A DNA stretch of 64,000 nucleotides from Nitrospirota bacterium (GCA_963721805.1 CAVRJY010000004.1:1-64000); one strand, 5' to 3'; counted from the first letter of the stretch, positions 1-15,695 are shown. The notes: a model not told the origin generated them from the letters alone. Numbers and translations are program-made.

Positions 1-3000
1 AACGAACCCCCTTTGTCATGCCCAAGCGGCCAGACCGACGGCTACACGCCGCGGCCTAAGAGGGCTCATCCATACGGCGTACTCGGATATGAAGGCGCGC
101 GTCGAAAACGGCTAGCTCAGAAAAACGCTCGAGGCGTCGATGCGGATGCAACTGTGGGCGCATGGGGCGCACCAGGTCTACCGTCTTCTATTTGATGGCG
201 ACCGCGTTAGGCGGCGTTGCGACTCCCGCCTTCCAGAGCCATCGCGCCGACACCACCATGAATTCGTAACGCCGGTCGCGCGCGCAACTTCGGCCAGCGG
301 CGCCAGGACAAAGAATGCCCAAGAGAAGCCCAGCAGGAGCGCGGGCAAATGCAATTTCCCTTATCGGCGAAATTGGAGGGCATCGGCTCCACGGCCGGGC
401 AAGCGGCCTTTGATTTCCGCGGCGACGCGCTGGTCCCACAGCCACGCGACCATTTCCCGAGTGGCCTCAATCTCCGGCGGATTTCACGCGTTCCAACGTC
501 GACAGTACGCCCTTTTGTTCCGGGGCGGACACTTCTCATAGCTTTCCATCCAGCCGGTGCTGGTTGCGAGGAGAATGTGGTCAGGTTTGAGCGTCGTGCC
601 TTGATGCTCCAGCGCGCCTTTGAGATCCGCGAGCGTGAATAACCCGCTTCTAGAGCGGACGTCGCTGCCATGGCCTTGCGGAAACCGAAGGCGTCAATCA
701 GCACGCCCCGGCTGATGAATCTCGCGGCCCTGCAATTGGGCGGGTTGTCTCAGTTCACCGCCCGGACCGATTCTGGTTGGGTCGGACGCCGTTGTAGTAG
801 CACCCCAGGCTGGGAGTGGGCCAGCCCATCCCACTGGCTCCCTTCCTGCGTGTTGAAATTGTTTACCAGATCGTCATCGGCCGAACGGCCAGCGGAACCA
901 CCTGGTGGCTGACCGCGGCCCGGCCGAACAGCGGCGGCTCGGCGAAAACTGATTATGCATCCAGCGGAAGACCGTTCCAGTCTGCACGAGGCGCGCGGCG
1001 TCGACCGCACCTTGGGGAGTCAGGAAGTTCAAGCAGCCGATCGTCATCGCCAAACACGCCCAGGAAGATTCCGGCGGGCGCCTTTAAGCCGGCAACGGAT
1101 CGAGGGGATCTTGGCCCATTGGTTTCATTTTTCAACGATAGCTCATTGACGTTGCGCGACAAGCGGACGGAGAGTAGCGGATGACCGATGGGAGTTGCTT
1201 CCCGAGCGTCTGGAACACACGGCCAATACGCCCGCCCGCGTGAAGTACAAAAAGGCGATATCGTGTAGACTTGGCGGCCAGGGAGGTTCTCATGAAGCGT
1301 TTATTGACGGGAATCGGGCTGGTCTGCCTGTGGCGTGGCAGTGCCTGTATTCTGGTTGCTGGAGAAGTCCGGGTCGTGTACGGGCACCACCATCTGAACA
1401 CGACGAGCATGGACGCACAAGAAGTTCTTCGCCGACAATCGCGGGCAGCGTGGCGAAGATCGGTTCGGGTGACCGGAGCAGGAGATCATCAAGTTCCCGA
1501 ATGTTCTGAATCTCTTCCGCCCGATGCAGGCTCACGGGCGGCTCGATTGGACCGACGGTTAACCACATCGGCTTTTCCGTTCCCGATCTCTAGGCCGGTT
1601 GTAGCGAAGATCAAGGCGAACGGCTTCAAAATGATGACCGCCATTCGAATGTGCGAACGTGGAGGCTATACTACATCCGCGGCCGCCAGTCACGACGAAC
1701 CTCGCATTTGTGCTCGGTCCGGAGGATGTAAAGGTAGAGCTGGTCGAAGTCAAAATCCAGAAGGCCCCGATTCAGCTTCATCACATCCACTTCTTCGGGC
1801 ACGGACACGAGACGAGGGTGGAGCAATAAATCCGAAAGAACTTCGGTGCGACGATCCTCCGGGCCTATGAAATTTTTGTTCGTGAGGATCAACTGCCCGG
1901 CGTGTTCCTGAACTTCACGCCCTCGCCGAGGATCTACCGGCTCCGCGACCGGCCGATCGATCGATCACATCGGCTTCGAGATCAAAAACCTCGAGGCGTT
2001 TACGAAGAAAGTCGAAGCCCTGTACTTCAAATTGGATCGTCCCTACACCAGGTGCCCCAGCTCGGCATCGCGATCGCGTTCATCAAGAATCCCTGGGAAC
2101 GAATATCGAAATGACGGAAGCAACTCGCGGACATCAAAGAGGGTTACGTCACAGGGTTACATCAAAAAATGAGAATAGCCGGATCTCCGTCTGGCCGCGC
2201 TGTCATGCGCGGCGCTGCCTGCGCCTCGACAGCTCGTGAGTCACGTGGATACCGTCCGCGTCGGCCACTACCACCTGAACGTCACGAGCGTCGAAGCGCA
2301 CAGGAAATTTTGGGTGGCACGCTCGGCGGGAAGTCGATGAAGTTCGGCGGCATAGACGTCGTGAAGTTTCCCGACGCGTTCATCTTCCTGCGCGTGCGGC
2401 AGCCGACGGGCCCGACCCGCGGGACGGCGTTCGGTCACGTCGGCTTCGCAGTGCCCAACGTGCCGGCGATGGCCGCGAAGCTCGCGGCCGCGGGGTATCG
2501 CGAAATCACCAGTCGCGAGCCAACACCGGAGCGCAGCCCCGCAGGCGCAGGCGGCCGGGACGTCGGCAGTGTACGGGGAGCTTCGAGTTTTCTCGGTCCC
2601 GACGGGGTGCAAGATCGAGCTGGTGACAAGCGACCAAAAGGGCGATCAAAAGCATGCGCCGCCGATCGCCGCGCACCACATTCACTTCATCAGCAAGCAG
2701 TACGCTCGAGATGCAGCAGTGGTACATGAAGGTGTTCAACGCGACGTTGCGTCCAGGGCCAGACAGACTTCTTCATCGGCGCCGATCTGCCGAAGGTCAG
2801 CTACAGCCTGAATTTCTTCCGGTGGGAAGGCGACCAGTCGATCACGCACGTCCCCACAGCCGGGACGGGTCGTAGATCACGTGGGATTTGAAGTGAAGAA
2901 CCTGAAGGCGTCGCAAGGCGCTCGAAGCCAAGGGCGTCAAGCTCATTCGGCCTTAAACTGACAGCAATATCGCGCCACTGCGACGATCGTCGACCCTTGG

Positions 3001-6000
3001 GAGTCTCCATTTGGAGCACCCGCAGGGCCTGGACAAGATCCACGACGGCCTTCAACTTGAATGCGTGTGATTTTCGGCGTGTTTTGGTAACGGCGGGGGT
3101 TCCGCGGCACTGAAACTGGTGTTCCCTGGCACTCGGGGCTTCCCGGTTGGTACCCAATATCTTGCGGACTCCCGGCTACGGAGGTACTATGGGATGGGAG
3201 ACTGTGAACGATGCTGATCCGGGAAACCTGCTGACCTCCGCTATTCCGATGTCACGCCGAAGGAAGTCTATTTCGAACCGGCGCCGTTTTATAGGCGCGG
3301 GAGCCGCGACGCTGGGAGCCGCAACGCTAGGAAGTTTAGCCCTGCCGCTCCGCCGCGCTGGCGACCGCCAAGATCAACGACCGGTCCAGGCCGGTCCCTA
3401 TCACGACCTGGGGAACGAAAAACCTTCACCCAAGGCCACTGTCACCAGCTATAACAACTTCTACGAATTCGGTGCGACAAGGAAGGGACCCTTCCCAGAA
3501 TGCGCCGAAACTGCCGCAGACCATCCGCATCGAAGGCGAGGTCCTGCAGCCCAAGACGCTGAGCCTGGCAACAGGTGATGAAGCTGTCGGCGCCGAAGAA
3601 CGCATGACCGGCATCGCTGAGCGCTGGTCAATCGTGCGGCTATGGATCGGATTCTCGCTGAGCACGCTGCTCAAGACAGGTGCAGCCCACCGGCAAAGCC
3701 AAATACGTGGCCTTCGAGACTTACTACGATTCGAAAGCGATGCTATCGCCGCGCAAGCTGGACTCCCCTTCCCCTACTGGAAAGTTTGCGCCTGGACCAA
3801 GCCATGCATCCGCTTATGCTCGTCGCCTTCGGGGGGATGTACGGCGAGACCATGCCGAGTGGCGCGCCCATCCGGATCCGAACCGTGGAAATACGGATAC
3901 AAGAGCATCAAGTCCATCACCCGCATCCGCTTCGTAGAGAATAGTTGCCCACGGACTGGAATTTGTACTCTTCGCGCGAGTATGGCTTTTATTCGAACGT
4001 GAATCCGGAAGTCGACCATCCGCGCTGGAGCCAGAAGGTAGAACGAAGGCTGGGAGGCGGTTTCCTGGGGACAGGGCACGGGAATGCGTACTGTTAAGTT
4101 CAACGGTTACGGCGCGCAGGTGGCCAGCCTGTACGAGGATCTGGTGAAATATCACGTAGTCCGCCCGTTGTTGAGCCGGTTGTAGCACAGCATGAATCGA
4201 TTCCTCTCCAGCAAATGGGACCAAGGTCGCGGTGTTTGTGTGGTTCTTGGTGCCACATGGAGGTGCTGTGGTTGTGCTGGCAGGCGTACAAACAGCAGCG
4301 ATCCGACGGAATACGTCACCGCGAATCCGATCGAGTACATCACCCACTACAAGGGGCGAACTGCACTTCCACCGCTTCATCTGTTTACCTCGCGGTCACG
4401 CCGCTGCGGATGCTGTTCAACTGGCTGCAGTATCCCTCTCGCTACCGCCGAATGCTGGGCCTATTCGCGTTCTTCTATGGCTGCGTCCATTTCTCGGTGT
4501 GGTTGTTCCTGGATCCCCGGCAAACAACTACTGCCATCTGGGAGGACATCGTTAAGCGCCGCTATATCACCATGGGCATGCTGGCGCTGCTCGCCACGTT
4601 CGCTTTTTGGCGATCACGTCCATGCGGGCTGGGTGCGCAGGCTCGGGTTCCAACGCTGGAAGAAGCTGCATAAGCTGACTATCTGACGGCGACGGCCGTG
4701 ATCCACTACTGGTGGTGGTGAAGTCCGATATCCGCCTGCCGTTGATGTACGCCGCTATCGTGACGGTGCTGCTGGGGTATCGCGTGATCGTCTGGATGCG
4801 CGCGCGCAATCGGAAGCCCGCCTTTGTGGCTGACGGGTTAGTGCCATATATTTGTGCAGTTCCGCAGGTCAGCACCGCCACACAATTGCGTCCCTGGTGC
4901 TTGGCCATGTACAGGGCGTCGTCGGCCAGGTGGATGAGTTATCGGCCGTCGATTTCCCGTCCGGCCGCCAGCTGGTTGCACCGAAGCTGCACGTGACAAT
5001 GTGCGACACGTCCCCGATCATCATGGGCTCATTGGACAGCGCGCCGCGCATACGTCAGCCCAGCGCTCGTCGCAGCCCGGAAGAATGATGAGAAACTCTT
5101 CTCCGCCGTAGCGGCCGATGGAATCGTAAGGCCGCATGGCGGCCGTCATGCGCCGGGTGGAACTCGCGCAGCACCGCATCGCCTGAAATGGCCATACGAT
5201 ATCGCCAGCACCACACCACCGACCGCAGCCTTTTTCTCGCGGGTAGCCCGAGACAGCTCGCGCGTCAGCACGTCCGAAATCGAAGAGCGGTTCCAGATCC
5301 GCGCTCAGGAAGTCCTTGGTGGCTTGCTCGTCCAGCGCCCGCGGATACCAGCTCGCGCGAGGTCGATGATGCGCGTTCCGGCGCGCAGGCGGACCTTCAA
5401 CTCGTGCTGATCGAGCTTGGTCCTACAGAGCCTCGTCCGCGGCTGGCTCGAGGGCTTTTCGATCACATACTCCTCGCGCTGGCTTTTCGAGCTGAGCAGG
5501 AGGTGTAGTCCAGGTCCTTGTTGGATCGCTCTCGCACGCGCGGCTGCAAACTTCCGGTCCGGTGAGCCCCGGCACTACCAACGAGAATCGTGTGCAGCGG
5601 GGAGGATTTTCACCTTGCAGCACATTCCACGCTTCCACACCGTCGGTGGCGACCACGACTTCGTACCCCCACTTCCGCAAGGTAGCTTCCAGCAGGTGCC
5701 GGGAGACGACGCTTATCGTTGGCGATCAGGATGCGCATATGGTCATAAGGTGGGGCGACTCGTCACCCTACCCCCTAGAATATTGGCAGGTTTTCAGATT
5801 CCTTTGGATTTTACGCGCGCGGCGGCCTATCCAGTCGCGTATCATAGAGTTTAGAGGCCCTCCGGGCCGGACTTTAGGGGTTACCGGCCGCTTTTCGCCA
5901 AGGAGAAAGTATGCAAATTCCGTTCTGGTTCCGATGGTCGTCGAGCAGACTTCGCGGGGCGAGCGCGCCTTCGATATCTATTCGCGCCTGCTGAAGGAAA

Positions 6001-9000
6001 ACATCATATTCCTGGGGTATGCCATCTTGGACGACAACGTGGCGAACCTAATCATCGCCCAGATCCTGTCCTGGCGGCGGGAGCACCCGGAGAAGGATCT
6101 CGCTCTACATCAACTCGCCGCGGTTCGATCTCCACCGGACTGGCGATTCTCGACACGATGCGTGGTTCAGCCGGACATCATCACGTTTTGTGTGGTCAAG
6201 CGGCCTCGATGGGTGCGGTCCTGCTCGGCTGCGCAAACGAAGGCAGCGTTACAGCTTGCCGCAGTGCGCGCATCCTGATCACGAGCCATGAGCGGGTTGG
6301 CGGGTCAGGCTACGGACATCGACATCTACGCCCGGGAATTCTGCGGATGCGCGAAACACTGAACCAGATTCTGGCCAAGCGACCGGCCAGCCGGTGGAAA
6401 AGATCGCGCGCGACGTGGATCGCGACTACATTCTGGAGCCGTTCCAGGCGCTGGAATTGGCATCATCGATCACATCATCGAGAGCCGCTCGCTGCAGCCG
6501 GTGACGAAGTAGTTTTTCGGTTCCGAGTAAAAGTTTTCCGAATCTCCGCCTTCTAAGCCGTCTTCTGAACCACCCCGGTCACGTCGATCGAGACGATCGC
6601 AGGCGGTTTGGGTGGCCGCGACGCGTACCAGCCACCTCACCAACGTGATCGTCAGAGCCGCGGTAGGCGAGCTCCATTTCCACCACGACCGCGACTGATT
6701 TTGAATCTTGAACCGCATCGTAGCTGGTCCGTCCACCGTTCCAGTAAAGCAGGTGATGATCTCCATGAAGTCCGGGCCGGGGCGTCCATTTCGAACCCGC
6801 GCTCGCTGAGCGGAACACCGGATCAGGAAGCCGCCGGGCGAGGTCGGGGCGCCTTGCACATCGCGCAGATCCAGCGTGACCAGGCGTCCCGACGCAGCGC
6901 TTCGAATACCCCTGACCCCGTCGCCCGCCTCGATCTGCACGCCGCGAATCAACAGGCAGTTGTCCAGCATCCGCGCAGCCGGGTGTACACCTGCTGCGGA
7001 TCGCCCTCCAGCTGGCGGATGGAAGCGCCGTATTCCGCTGTTTCCGGAAGAATGCGCAAGCGTTCGATGTCCACGTGGCCATCAGGTGGAGGCGGTTCAG
7101 AATGAGCGCGCGCGGAGCATCTGAAAATAGGCCCGCCAGTGCGCGTCCGAGATGAACCAGGGCTGGGTGAGATCGTAGGTGCGCATGTGGGATGCCGGCG
7201 CACGGCCGTGGGGGTACCGCTGGTGGCTTTGAGCCGTCCCTTCTCGGGGCGGGTCTCCTGCTCGGACGCTTCGATCAGCCCATACATCAGGTGCGCAAAT
7301 CGCCTGTGCGAACGGGAGAGCGTGATGCTGAACGTTTCAGGGGGATTCAGGCTGAGTCGGCAGCACGCAGCCTGATCTTGCGCGGCTCACAGCGGCGTCC
7401 AACTCGGCTTTGCCGGAATCGACCGGGCCAGCCGCGCGCAGCGAGGTTATCGCAAAGAACCAGAGACCAACATTCGAAACGTGGCGCACGCAATTCGCGC
7501 GCTGTCGCCACTCCTGGCGGCACGCTTGGTAGCTGGAAGACCGGAGCAAGTGTCGAGAGGAGTCTCGACACGACGAGGTGCGTGCGCCACCTGGGAGCCA
7601 ACCACCACTGCACCGCATTTTCGCCGAAAGGTTGCGATAGATGATGGCGAACCCGATCGCCCCCATGGCCAGCAGTGCCAGTCCGGTGTTAGTCTCATGC
7701 AGCAGAAGTTTCCCGACGCCGAACAGAGCGCCATAAATCAGCATACAGCCCCCAGCCCAGCACACGAGATTGGAAAGCCCGTCGCGCGATGGCTGGACTT
7801 CCGGCGCCAGCGCGGCAATAGGCGTCCACCCTGATCTTGGACGGGCGAGTTCGCCGATAGAAAGCGACCAGAATATCGTTTTTCTCAGGACCCGTGAGAA
7901 ATGTCACGGCCAGCCACACCGCAGTGGTGATCGCCACGGTCGTAATCATCAGCCAGGCGAAATCCAGGGGCTTGTCGCTATCGAGCCCCCACCCGAGTTG
8001 CAGACCCACCGAGACAACGAACGCCGTCAGCATGGCCGGAAACTTCACTCCAGGCGTTGATGCGCCACCAATACCAGCGCAGCAGCAGCACGCCTCCGGT
8101 TCCGGCGCCCGTCACCAGCAGCAGTTTCCACGCTCCTGCGATGGAATCGAGATAGAACGTCACCACCGCCGATACGAGCGTCAGGAATACCGCTGGCCGA
8201 GGAGCTGTGCAAATGGTCACGCAGCTCTCGCCGAATTTCAAAGCGGCGATAAAAAATCGTTCACCAGATAGCTCGCGCCCCAGTTGAGCTGCGTCGCTGA
8301 TCTTGGTGGACATGTAGGCCGCCGCGGTCGCCACCATCAGGCCGCGCAGCGACGGAGGCAGCGTCAGGATCATCACGCCGGTGTCGGGCTTTTCGAGTTC
8401 CGGGAACAGGATCAGGGAAGCGAGGATCATAATTGGAGGGCCATGGCTGAATTGCGTAGTGCGCCACGTCTCGACACGTCCGCGAGCAGGGAATTCTTTT
8501 CGTCCTTGGCGCTTAAACACGCTGCGCGATGTAGCCTCCGCCGCCGCTCCCGGATAACGAGGTCGCTACGAGATATAGACCAGGAACGTGAGAGATCGGG
8601 GACGAAGTTGAGCTAGAGAACCTCCCGAGCGCGCCGCGTCCAGCAGTAGAAGCTTCTGCTTCATCGCCTCCATGCCGCCACGGCCCGCACCGCGAACACC
8701 GCCAGCACGATCACCATGCCCATCTTGACCGCGAACTGAACAGGTCCGTCACCAGCACGCCCCCAAGTCCGGAGAGCGTCGAAATAAACGATGTAAGTGC
8801 AATGAGCCCGATCACGATCGCCAGGGCTTCGAGCTTGGCGACGCCCAGGATCAGCATCAGGATATCGACCATCGCCTTGTTCACCCAGCCCAGGATGATG
8901 CAGTCGATCGGAATCCCCAAGTACACACCCGAATCCCTCAGGAAGGCGGCGGGAACCGCTGGAGTAGCGGATCTCGGCGAATTCGACGTCGGTGGTCACG

Positions 9001-9198
9001 CCGGATCGCCGCCACAGGCGCGCGTAGACATGTCACAGTGCCGCTGTCTCCAGACGAAGCACCACCACAGCCCGGCGATCCCGTTGGCCGCGACCATTCC
9101 GGTGACTGCCAGGGGCGTGTCGGCGGCGAAGGTGGGTCGCGGACCACTGGCAGTTGGAGCACCACGGCACGTTGCGGCCGGAGAGAAAGAATTCGTCG
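1..9198. repeat. Degenerate inverted copy (left arm) of 9216-~18780, containing broken reverse-complement copies of DUF1801 end, cyclase, two VOC genes, msrP, msrQ, DGC, clpP, hypothetical gene, REP element and SSS symporter
   Basis: gcggccggagagaaagaattcgtcg (ending 9198) is the near-perfect reverse complement of cgacgaattcttcctctccggccgc (starting 9216). Bases 60-130 match the reverse complement of ~18640-18710. Gene order is mirrored throughout and ORFs are fragmented by indels. Confidence 0.95.
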
Positions 9199-9215
9199 CG
9201 CGCGCAGTCGAGCGT

Positions 9216-10899
<1,684 letters not shown>

Positions 10900-10906
10900 T
10901 TCTCAG

Positions 10907-11022
10907 GTGGCGCACGCACTCGTGCGTGCCGTGTCGAGACTCTTCTCGACACTTGTCCCGATTTCCGAGCCACCGAGCGTCGCCAGGAGTGGCGACGCGG
11001 CACGCACGAGTGCGTGCGCCAC
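10907..11022. repeat. REP-like palindromic intergenic element (inverted REP pair)
   Basis: gtggcgcacgcactcgtgcgtgccgtgtcg ... cgacgcggcacgcacgagtgcgtgcgccac form terminal inverted repeats; internal hairpins gtgtcgaga-ctct-tctcgacac and gcgtcgcca-ggag-tggcgacgc; lies just after the SSS stop codon. Confidence 0.8.
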
Positions 11023-11034
11023 GTTACTTGATTC

Positions 11035-12113
11035 TTGCGACAGCTTCGGCTGCGCGCGGCCGGCCCGGTCGATTTCGGCAACGCCGAACTGGACGCCGCG
11101 GTGGCCGAGCGCAAGCTCAGGCTGCACGTCGATACCGAGCTGAACCTGAATCCTCCGGAAACGTTCAGCATCACGCTGTACAAGACCGGCCTGGCCCGCA
11201 TCACCGGCGGCGATTTGCGCGGCCTGATGTACGGACTGATCGAAGCGTCCGAGCAGATTCGCGCGACCGGGACGGCTCAAAGCCACCAGCGGGAAACCGG
11301 CCACGGCCGTGCGCGGAGTCCGCATGACGCTCCGCACCTACGATCTCACCCAGCCCTGGTTCACCTCGGACGCGCACTGGCGCGCCTATTTCCAGACCCT
11401 CGCCCGCGCTCGCCTAAACCGCCTCAGCCTGATGATCTCCTTGGCCGACGTGGACATCGAACGCTTGCGCATTCTTTCGGAAACGGCCGCGGAATACGGC
11501 GTCGATTTCGTCCTGGGCATCCGCCAGCTGGAGGGCGATCCGCAGCAGGTGTACGCCCGGCTGCGCGGGATCCTGGACAATTGTCTGTTGATTCGCGGCG
11601 TGCAGATCGAGGCCGGCGACGAGTCGGTTCAGATGTACCAGTTGGGCGTATTCCAAGCGCTGCGTGAGTCGGGACGCCGCGTCACGCTGGATCTGCGCAA
11701 CGTGGAAGACCGGCCGGACCTGGCGCGGGCGGCTTCGGCATCGGGTGTTCCGCTCAGCGAGCGCGGGTTCGAAATGGACGCCCCCGGCCCGGACTTCATG
11801 GGCGATCATCACCAGCTCTACTGGAACAATGGACGGACCAGCTACGATGCGGCGTTCCAGGATTCAAAATAGTCGCGTGCCGTGGTGGAAATGGAGCTCG
11901 CCTGCGGCGGCTCTGACGATCACGCTGGTGGCTGGCTGGTGGGCGTCGCGGCCGCCCAAACCGCCTGCGATCGTCTCGATCGACGTGAAGGTGACAGGAG
12001 TGGTTCAGAAGACGGTTCCGCTTACAAAGGCGGAGATTCCGGAAAACTTCTACCCGGAACCGAAAAACTACTTCGACTACTTGTTACCGGCTGCAGCGAG
12101 CGGCTCTCGATGA
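11035..12113 (+). CDS. Hypothetical protein (frameshifted), N-terminal part reminiscent of GH20/GH67 N-terminal zincin-like domains
   Basis: Consecutive ORF fragments 11035-11300, 11309-11872 and ~11870-12113; [13 protein letters not shown]...VRG resembles the GH20 domain-2 pattern. Boundaries uncertain. Confidence 0.45.
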
Positions 12114-12690
12114 TGTGATCGATGATGCCGTACTCCAGCGCCTGGACCGGCTCCAGAATGTAGTCGCGGTCCACGTCGCGCGCGATCTTTTCCACCGGCT
12201 GGCCGGTGGCCTTGGCCAGAATATCGTTCAGCGTCTCGCGCATCCGCAGGATTTCGCGGGCGTAGATGTCGATGTCCGTGGCCTGTCCGCCCAGGCCGCT
12301 CATGGACGGCTGGTGGATCAGGATGCGCGCGTGCGGCAGGCTGTGCCGCTTGCCCTTGGTTCCGCAGGCGAGCAGGACGGCCGCCATCGAAGCCGCTTGT
12401 CCCACGCAGTAGGTGATGATATCCGGCTGGACCAGGCGCATGGTGTCGAGGATCGCCAGACCCGCCGTGATCGAGCCGCCGGGAGAATTGATGTAGAGCG
12501 AGATGTCCTTCTCGGGGTCCTCCGCCGCCAGGAACAGGATCTGGGCGATGATCAGGTTCGCCACGTTGTCATCGATCGGCGTGCCCAGGAAAATGATGTT
12601 CTCCTTGAGCAGGCGCGAGTAGATGTCAAAGGCGCGCTCGCCTCGCGAAGTCTGCTCGACGACCATCGGAACCAGAACGGAATTCTGCAT
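12077..12690 (-). CDS. clpP: ATP-dependent Clp protease proteolytic subunit
   Basis: [43 protein letters not shown] (catalytic Ser), IHQP (His). True stop probably at 12077-12079: the left-arm copy reads ...LQPVTK*. Confidence 0.97.
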
Positions 12691-12892
12691 ACTCTCTCCT
12701 TGGCGAAAAACGGCCGGTAACCCCTACATCCCCGGGGTCCGCGGGCCCCTGCACTCCGGGCCCGTAAGGGCCTCCTAAACTCTATGATACGCGACTGGAT
12801 AGCAGCCGCGCGCGCAAAAGTCCAAGGGAATCTTAAAACCTGCCGATATATTCTAGGGGTAGGGTGACGAGTCACCCCACCTTACGACCGAT

Positions 12893-13850
12893 ATGCGCAT
12901 CCTGATCGCCGACGATAGCGTCGTCTCCCGGCACCTGCTGGAGGCGACCCTGCGGAAGTGGGGGTACGAAGTCGTGGTCGCCACCGACGGTGTGGAAGCG
13001 TGGAATGTGCTGCAAGGCGAAAATCCTCCCCGGCTCGCGATTCTCGATTGGGTCATGCCGGGGCTCACCGGACCGGAAGTTTGCAGCCGCGTGCGAGAGC
13101 GATCCAAGAACAAGGACCTGGACTACACCTACATTGTCCTGCTCAGCTCGAAGAGCCAGCGCGAGGATCTGATCGAGGGCCTCGAGGCCGGCGCGGACGA
13201 CTATCTGACCAAGCCTTTCGATCAGCACGAGTTGAAGGTCCGCCTGCGCGCCGGAACGCGCATCATCGACCTCCAGCGCGAACTGGTGTCCGCGCGCGAG
13301 GAACTGCGCGAGCAGGCCACCAAGGACTTCCTGACGCGGATCTGGAACCGCTCTTCGATTTTGGACGTGCTGACGCGCGAGCTGTCTCGGGCTACCCGCG
13401 AGCAGCGGTCGGTGGGCGTGGTGCTGGCGGACCTGGATCGCTTCAAATCGGTCAACGATACGTACGGCCACTTCGCGGGCGATGCCGTGCTGCGCGAGTT
13501 CACCCGGCGCATGACGGCCGCCATGCGGCCTTACGATTCCATCGGCCGCTACGGCGGAGAAGAGTTTCTCATCATTCTTCCGGGCTGCGACGAGCGCTGC
13601 ACGGGCAACCAGGCGGAGCGCATGCGCGCCGCGCTGGCCAATGAGCCGATGATGATCGGGGACGTGCGCGCATGTGGTCACGTGCAGTTTCGGTGCAACC
13701 AGCTGGCGGCCCGACGCGAGAATCGACCGCCGATGAACTCATCCACCTGGCCGACGACGCGCTGTACATGGCCAAGCACCAGGGACGCAATTGCGTGGCG
13801 GTGCTGACGCCTCCCAACGCGGAAGCTGTCGCGCAGACAATCAAACTTAG
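12893..13850 (+). CDS. REC-GGDEF diguanylate cyclase response regulator (WspR/PleD-like), frameshifted near 3' end
   Basis: N-terminal receiver (ILIADD, LDWVMP, DYLTKPF), [12 protein letters not shown], RxxD I-site (RPYD), [14 protein letters not shown] continues in another frame. End approximate. Confidence 0.92.
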
Positions 13851-14518
13851 CCGGCTGAAACCGTCGGTTGCGAGGTACGATCCACCGCGGGCTTTCGTTT
13901 GCGCGCGCGCATCCAGGCGATCACGCGATACCCCAGCAGCACGGTCACGATGGCGGCGTACATCAACGGCAGGCGGATGTCGGACTTCACCAGCCACCAG
14001 TAGTGGATCACGGCCGCGACGGCCGTCAGATAGATCAGCTTGTGCAGCTTCTTCCAGCGTTTGAACCCGAGCCTGCGCACCCAGCCGGCCGTGGACGTAA
14101 TCGCCAAAGGAAGCATGGCGAGCAGCGCCAGCATGCCGACGGTGATATAGCGGCGCTTGACGATGTCCTCCCATATGGCGGGAATCGTGTTTTGCCGCGG
14201 GTCCAGGACCACCCAGACCGTGAAATGGACGCAGCCATAGAAAAACGCGAATAGTCCCAGCATGCGGCGGTAGCGCGTGATCTGCGGCCGGTTGAGCAGC
14301 ATCCGCAGCGGCGTGATGCACAGGGTAAAGCAGATGAAACGGATGGTCCAGTCGCCGGTGTAGTGGGTGATGTACTCGATCGGATTGGCGCTGACGTACT
14401 GCGTAAAGTCGCCGGTGCTGTAGGCCTCCCAGACCAACCACAGCAGCACGCCCAGCGGCACCAGGGCCAGCACAAACACCGCGACCTTGGTCCATTTGCT
14501 GGAGAGGAATCGATTCAT
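13847..14518 (-). CDS. msrQ: Heme-binding membrane subunit of methionine sulfoxide reductase
   Basis: [42 protein letters not shown]; directly downstream of msrP. Confidence 0.93.
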   Translation of the reverse strand: MNRFLSSKWTKVAVFVLALVPLGVLLWLVWEAYSTGDFTQYVSANPIEYITHYTGDWTIRFICFTLCITPLRMLLNRPQITRYRRMLGLFAFFYGCVHFTVWVVLDPRQNTIPAIWEDIVKRRYITVGMLALLAMLPLAITSTAGWVRRLGFKRWKKLHKLIYLTAVAAVIHYWWLVKSDIRLPLMYAAIVTVLLGYRVIAWMRARKRKPAVDRTSQPTVSAG

Positions 14519-14551
14519 GCTGTGCTACAACCGGCCAAACAATGGCGCGGA

Positions 14552-15528
14552 CTAGTGATATTTCGCCAGATCCATCCCGGCATACAGGCTGGCCACCTGC
14601 GCGCCGTAACCGTTGAACTTGACTGTCGCCATGTCGCGTGCCTTGTCCCAGGAAACCGCCGCCGAGCCTTTGTTCTTCTTTCTGGCTCCAGCGCGGGTGG
14701 TCGACTTCCGGATTCACGTTCGAGTAGAAGCCATACTCACGGGAGGAGTACAAATTCCAGTCCGTGGGCGGCTCTTTCTCGACGAAGCGGATTCGGGTGA
14801 TCGACTTGATGCTCTTGTATCCGTATTTCCACGGGATCACGATCCGGATGGGCGCGCCGTTCTGATTCGGCATGGTCTCGCCGTACATCCCGAAGCGACA
14901 GCAGCGCGAGCGGATGCATGGCTTCGTCCAGCCGCAAACCTTCCACGTAGGGAAAGGGGATACCGGCTTCACGCGGCGATAGCATCGCCTTCGAATCGTA
15001 GTAGCTCTCAAACGCCACGTACTTGGCTTTGCCGGTGGGCTGCACCTGCTTGAGCAGCGTGCTCAGCGAGAATCCGATCCATGGCACCACGATCGACCAG
15101 CGCTCCACGCAGCGATGCCGGTAGATGCGCTCTTCCGGCGCCGACAGCTTCATCACCTGTTCCAGGCTCAGCGTCTTGGGCTGCAGGACCTCGCCTTCGA
15201 TGCGGATGGGCCATTCTGCCGGCACTTTCCATTTCGGGGCATTCTCGGAGGGATCTTCCTTGCCCGTTCCGAATTCGTAGAAGTTGTTATAGCTGGTGAC
15301 AGTGGCCTTGGGCGAAGGTTTTTCGTTCCCCAGGTCGTGATAGGGACCGGCCTGGACCAGACCGTTGATCTTGGCGGTCGCCAGCGCGGCGGACGGCAGG
15401 GCTAAACTTCCTAGCGTTGCGGCTCCCAGCGTCGCGGCTCCCGCGCCTATAAAACGGCGCCGGTTCAAATATACTTCCTTCGGCGTGACATCGGAATAGT
15501 GGAGGTCAGCAGGTTTCCGGATCAGCAT
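14552..15528 (-). CDS. msrP: Molybdopterin catalytic subunit of methionine sulfoxide reductase (frameshifted)
   Basis: Tat motif [19 protein letters not shown] (Mo-ligating Cys), [42 protein letters not shown]. Confidence 0.93.
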
Positions 15529-15695
15529 GGTTCACAGTCTCCCATCCCATAGTAACTCCGTAGACGGGAGTCCGCAGATACTGGGTACCAACCGGGAAGC
15601 CGGCAGGCGCGTACCAGGGAACACCAGCGTCCAGTGCCGCGGAACCCCGGCCGTTACCAAAACACGCCAGAAGCTGCGTGCATTCAGAATTGAAG

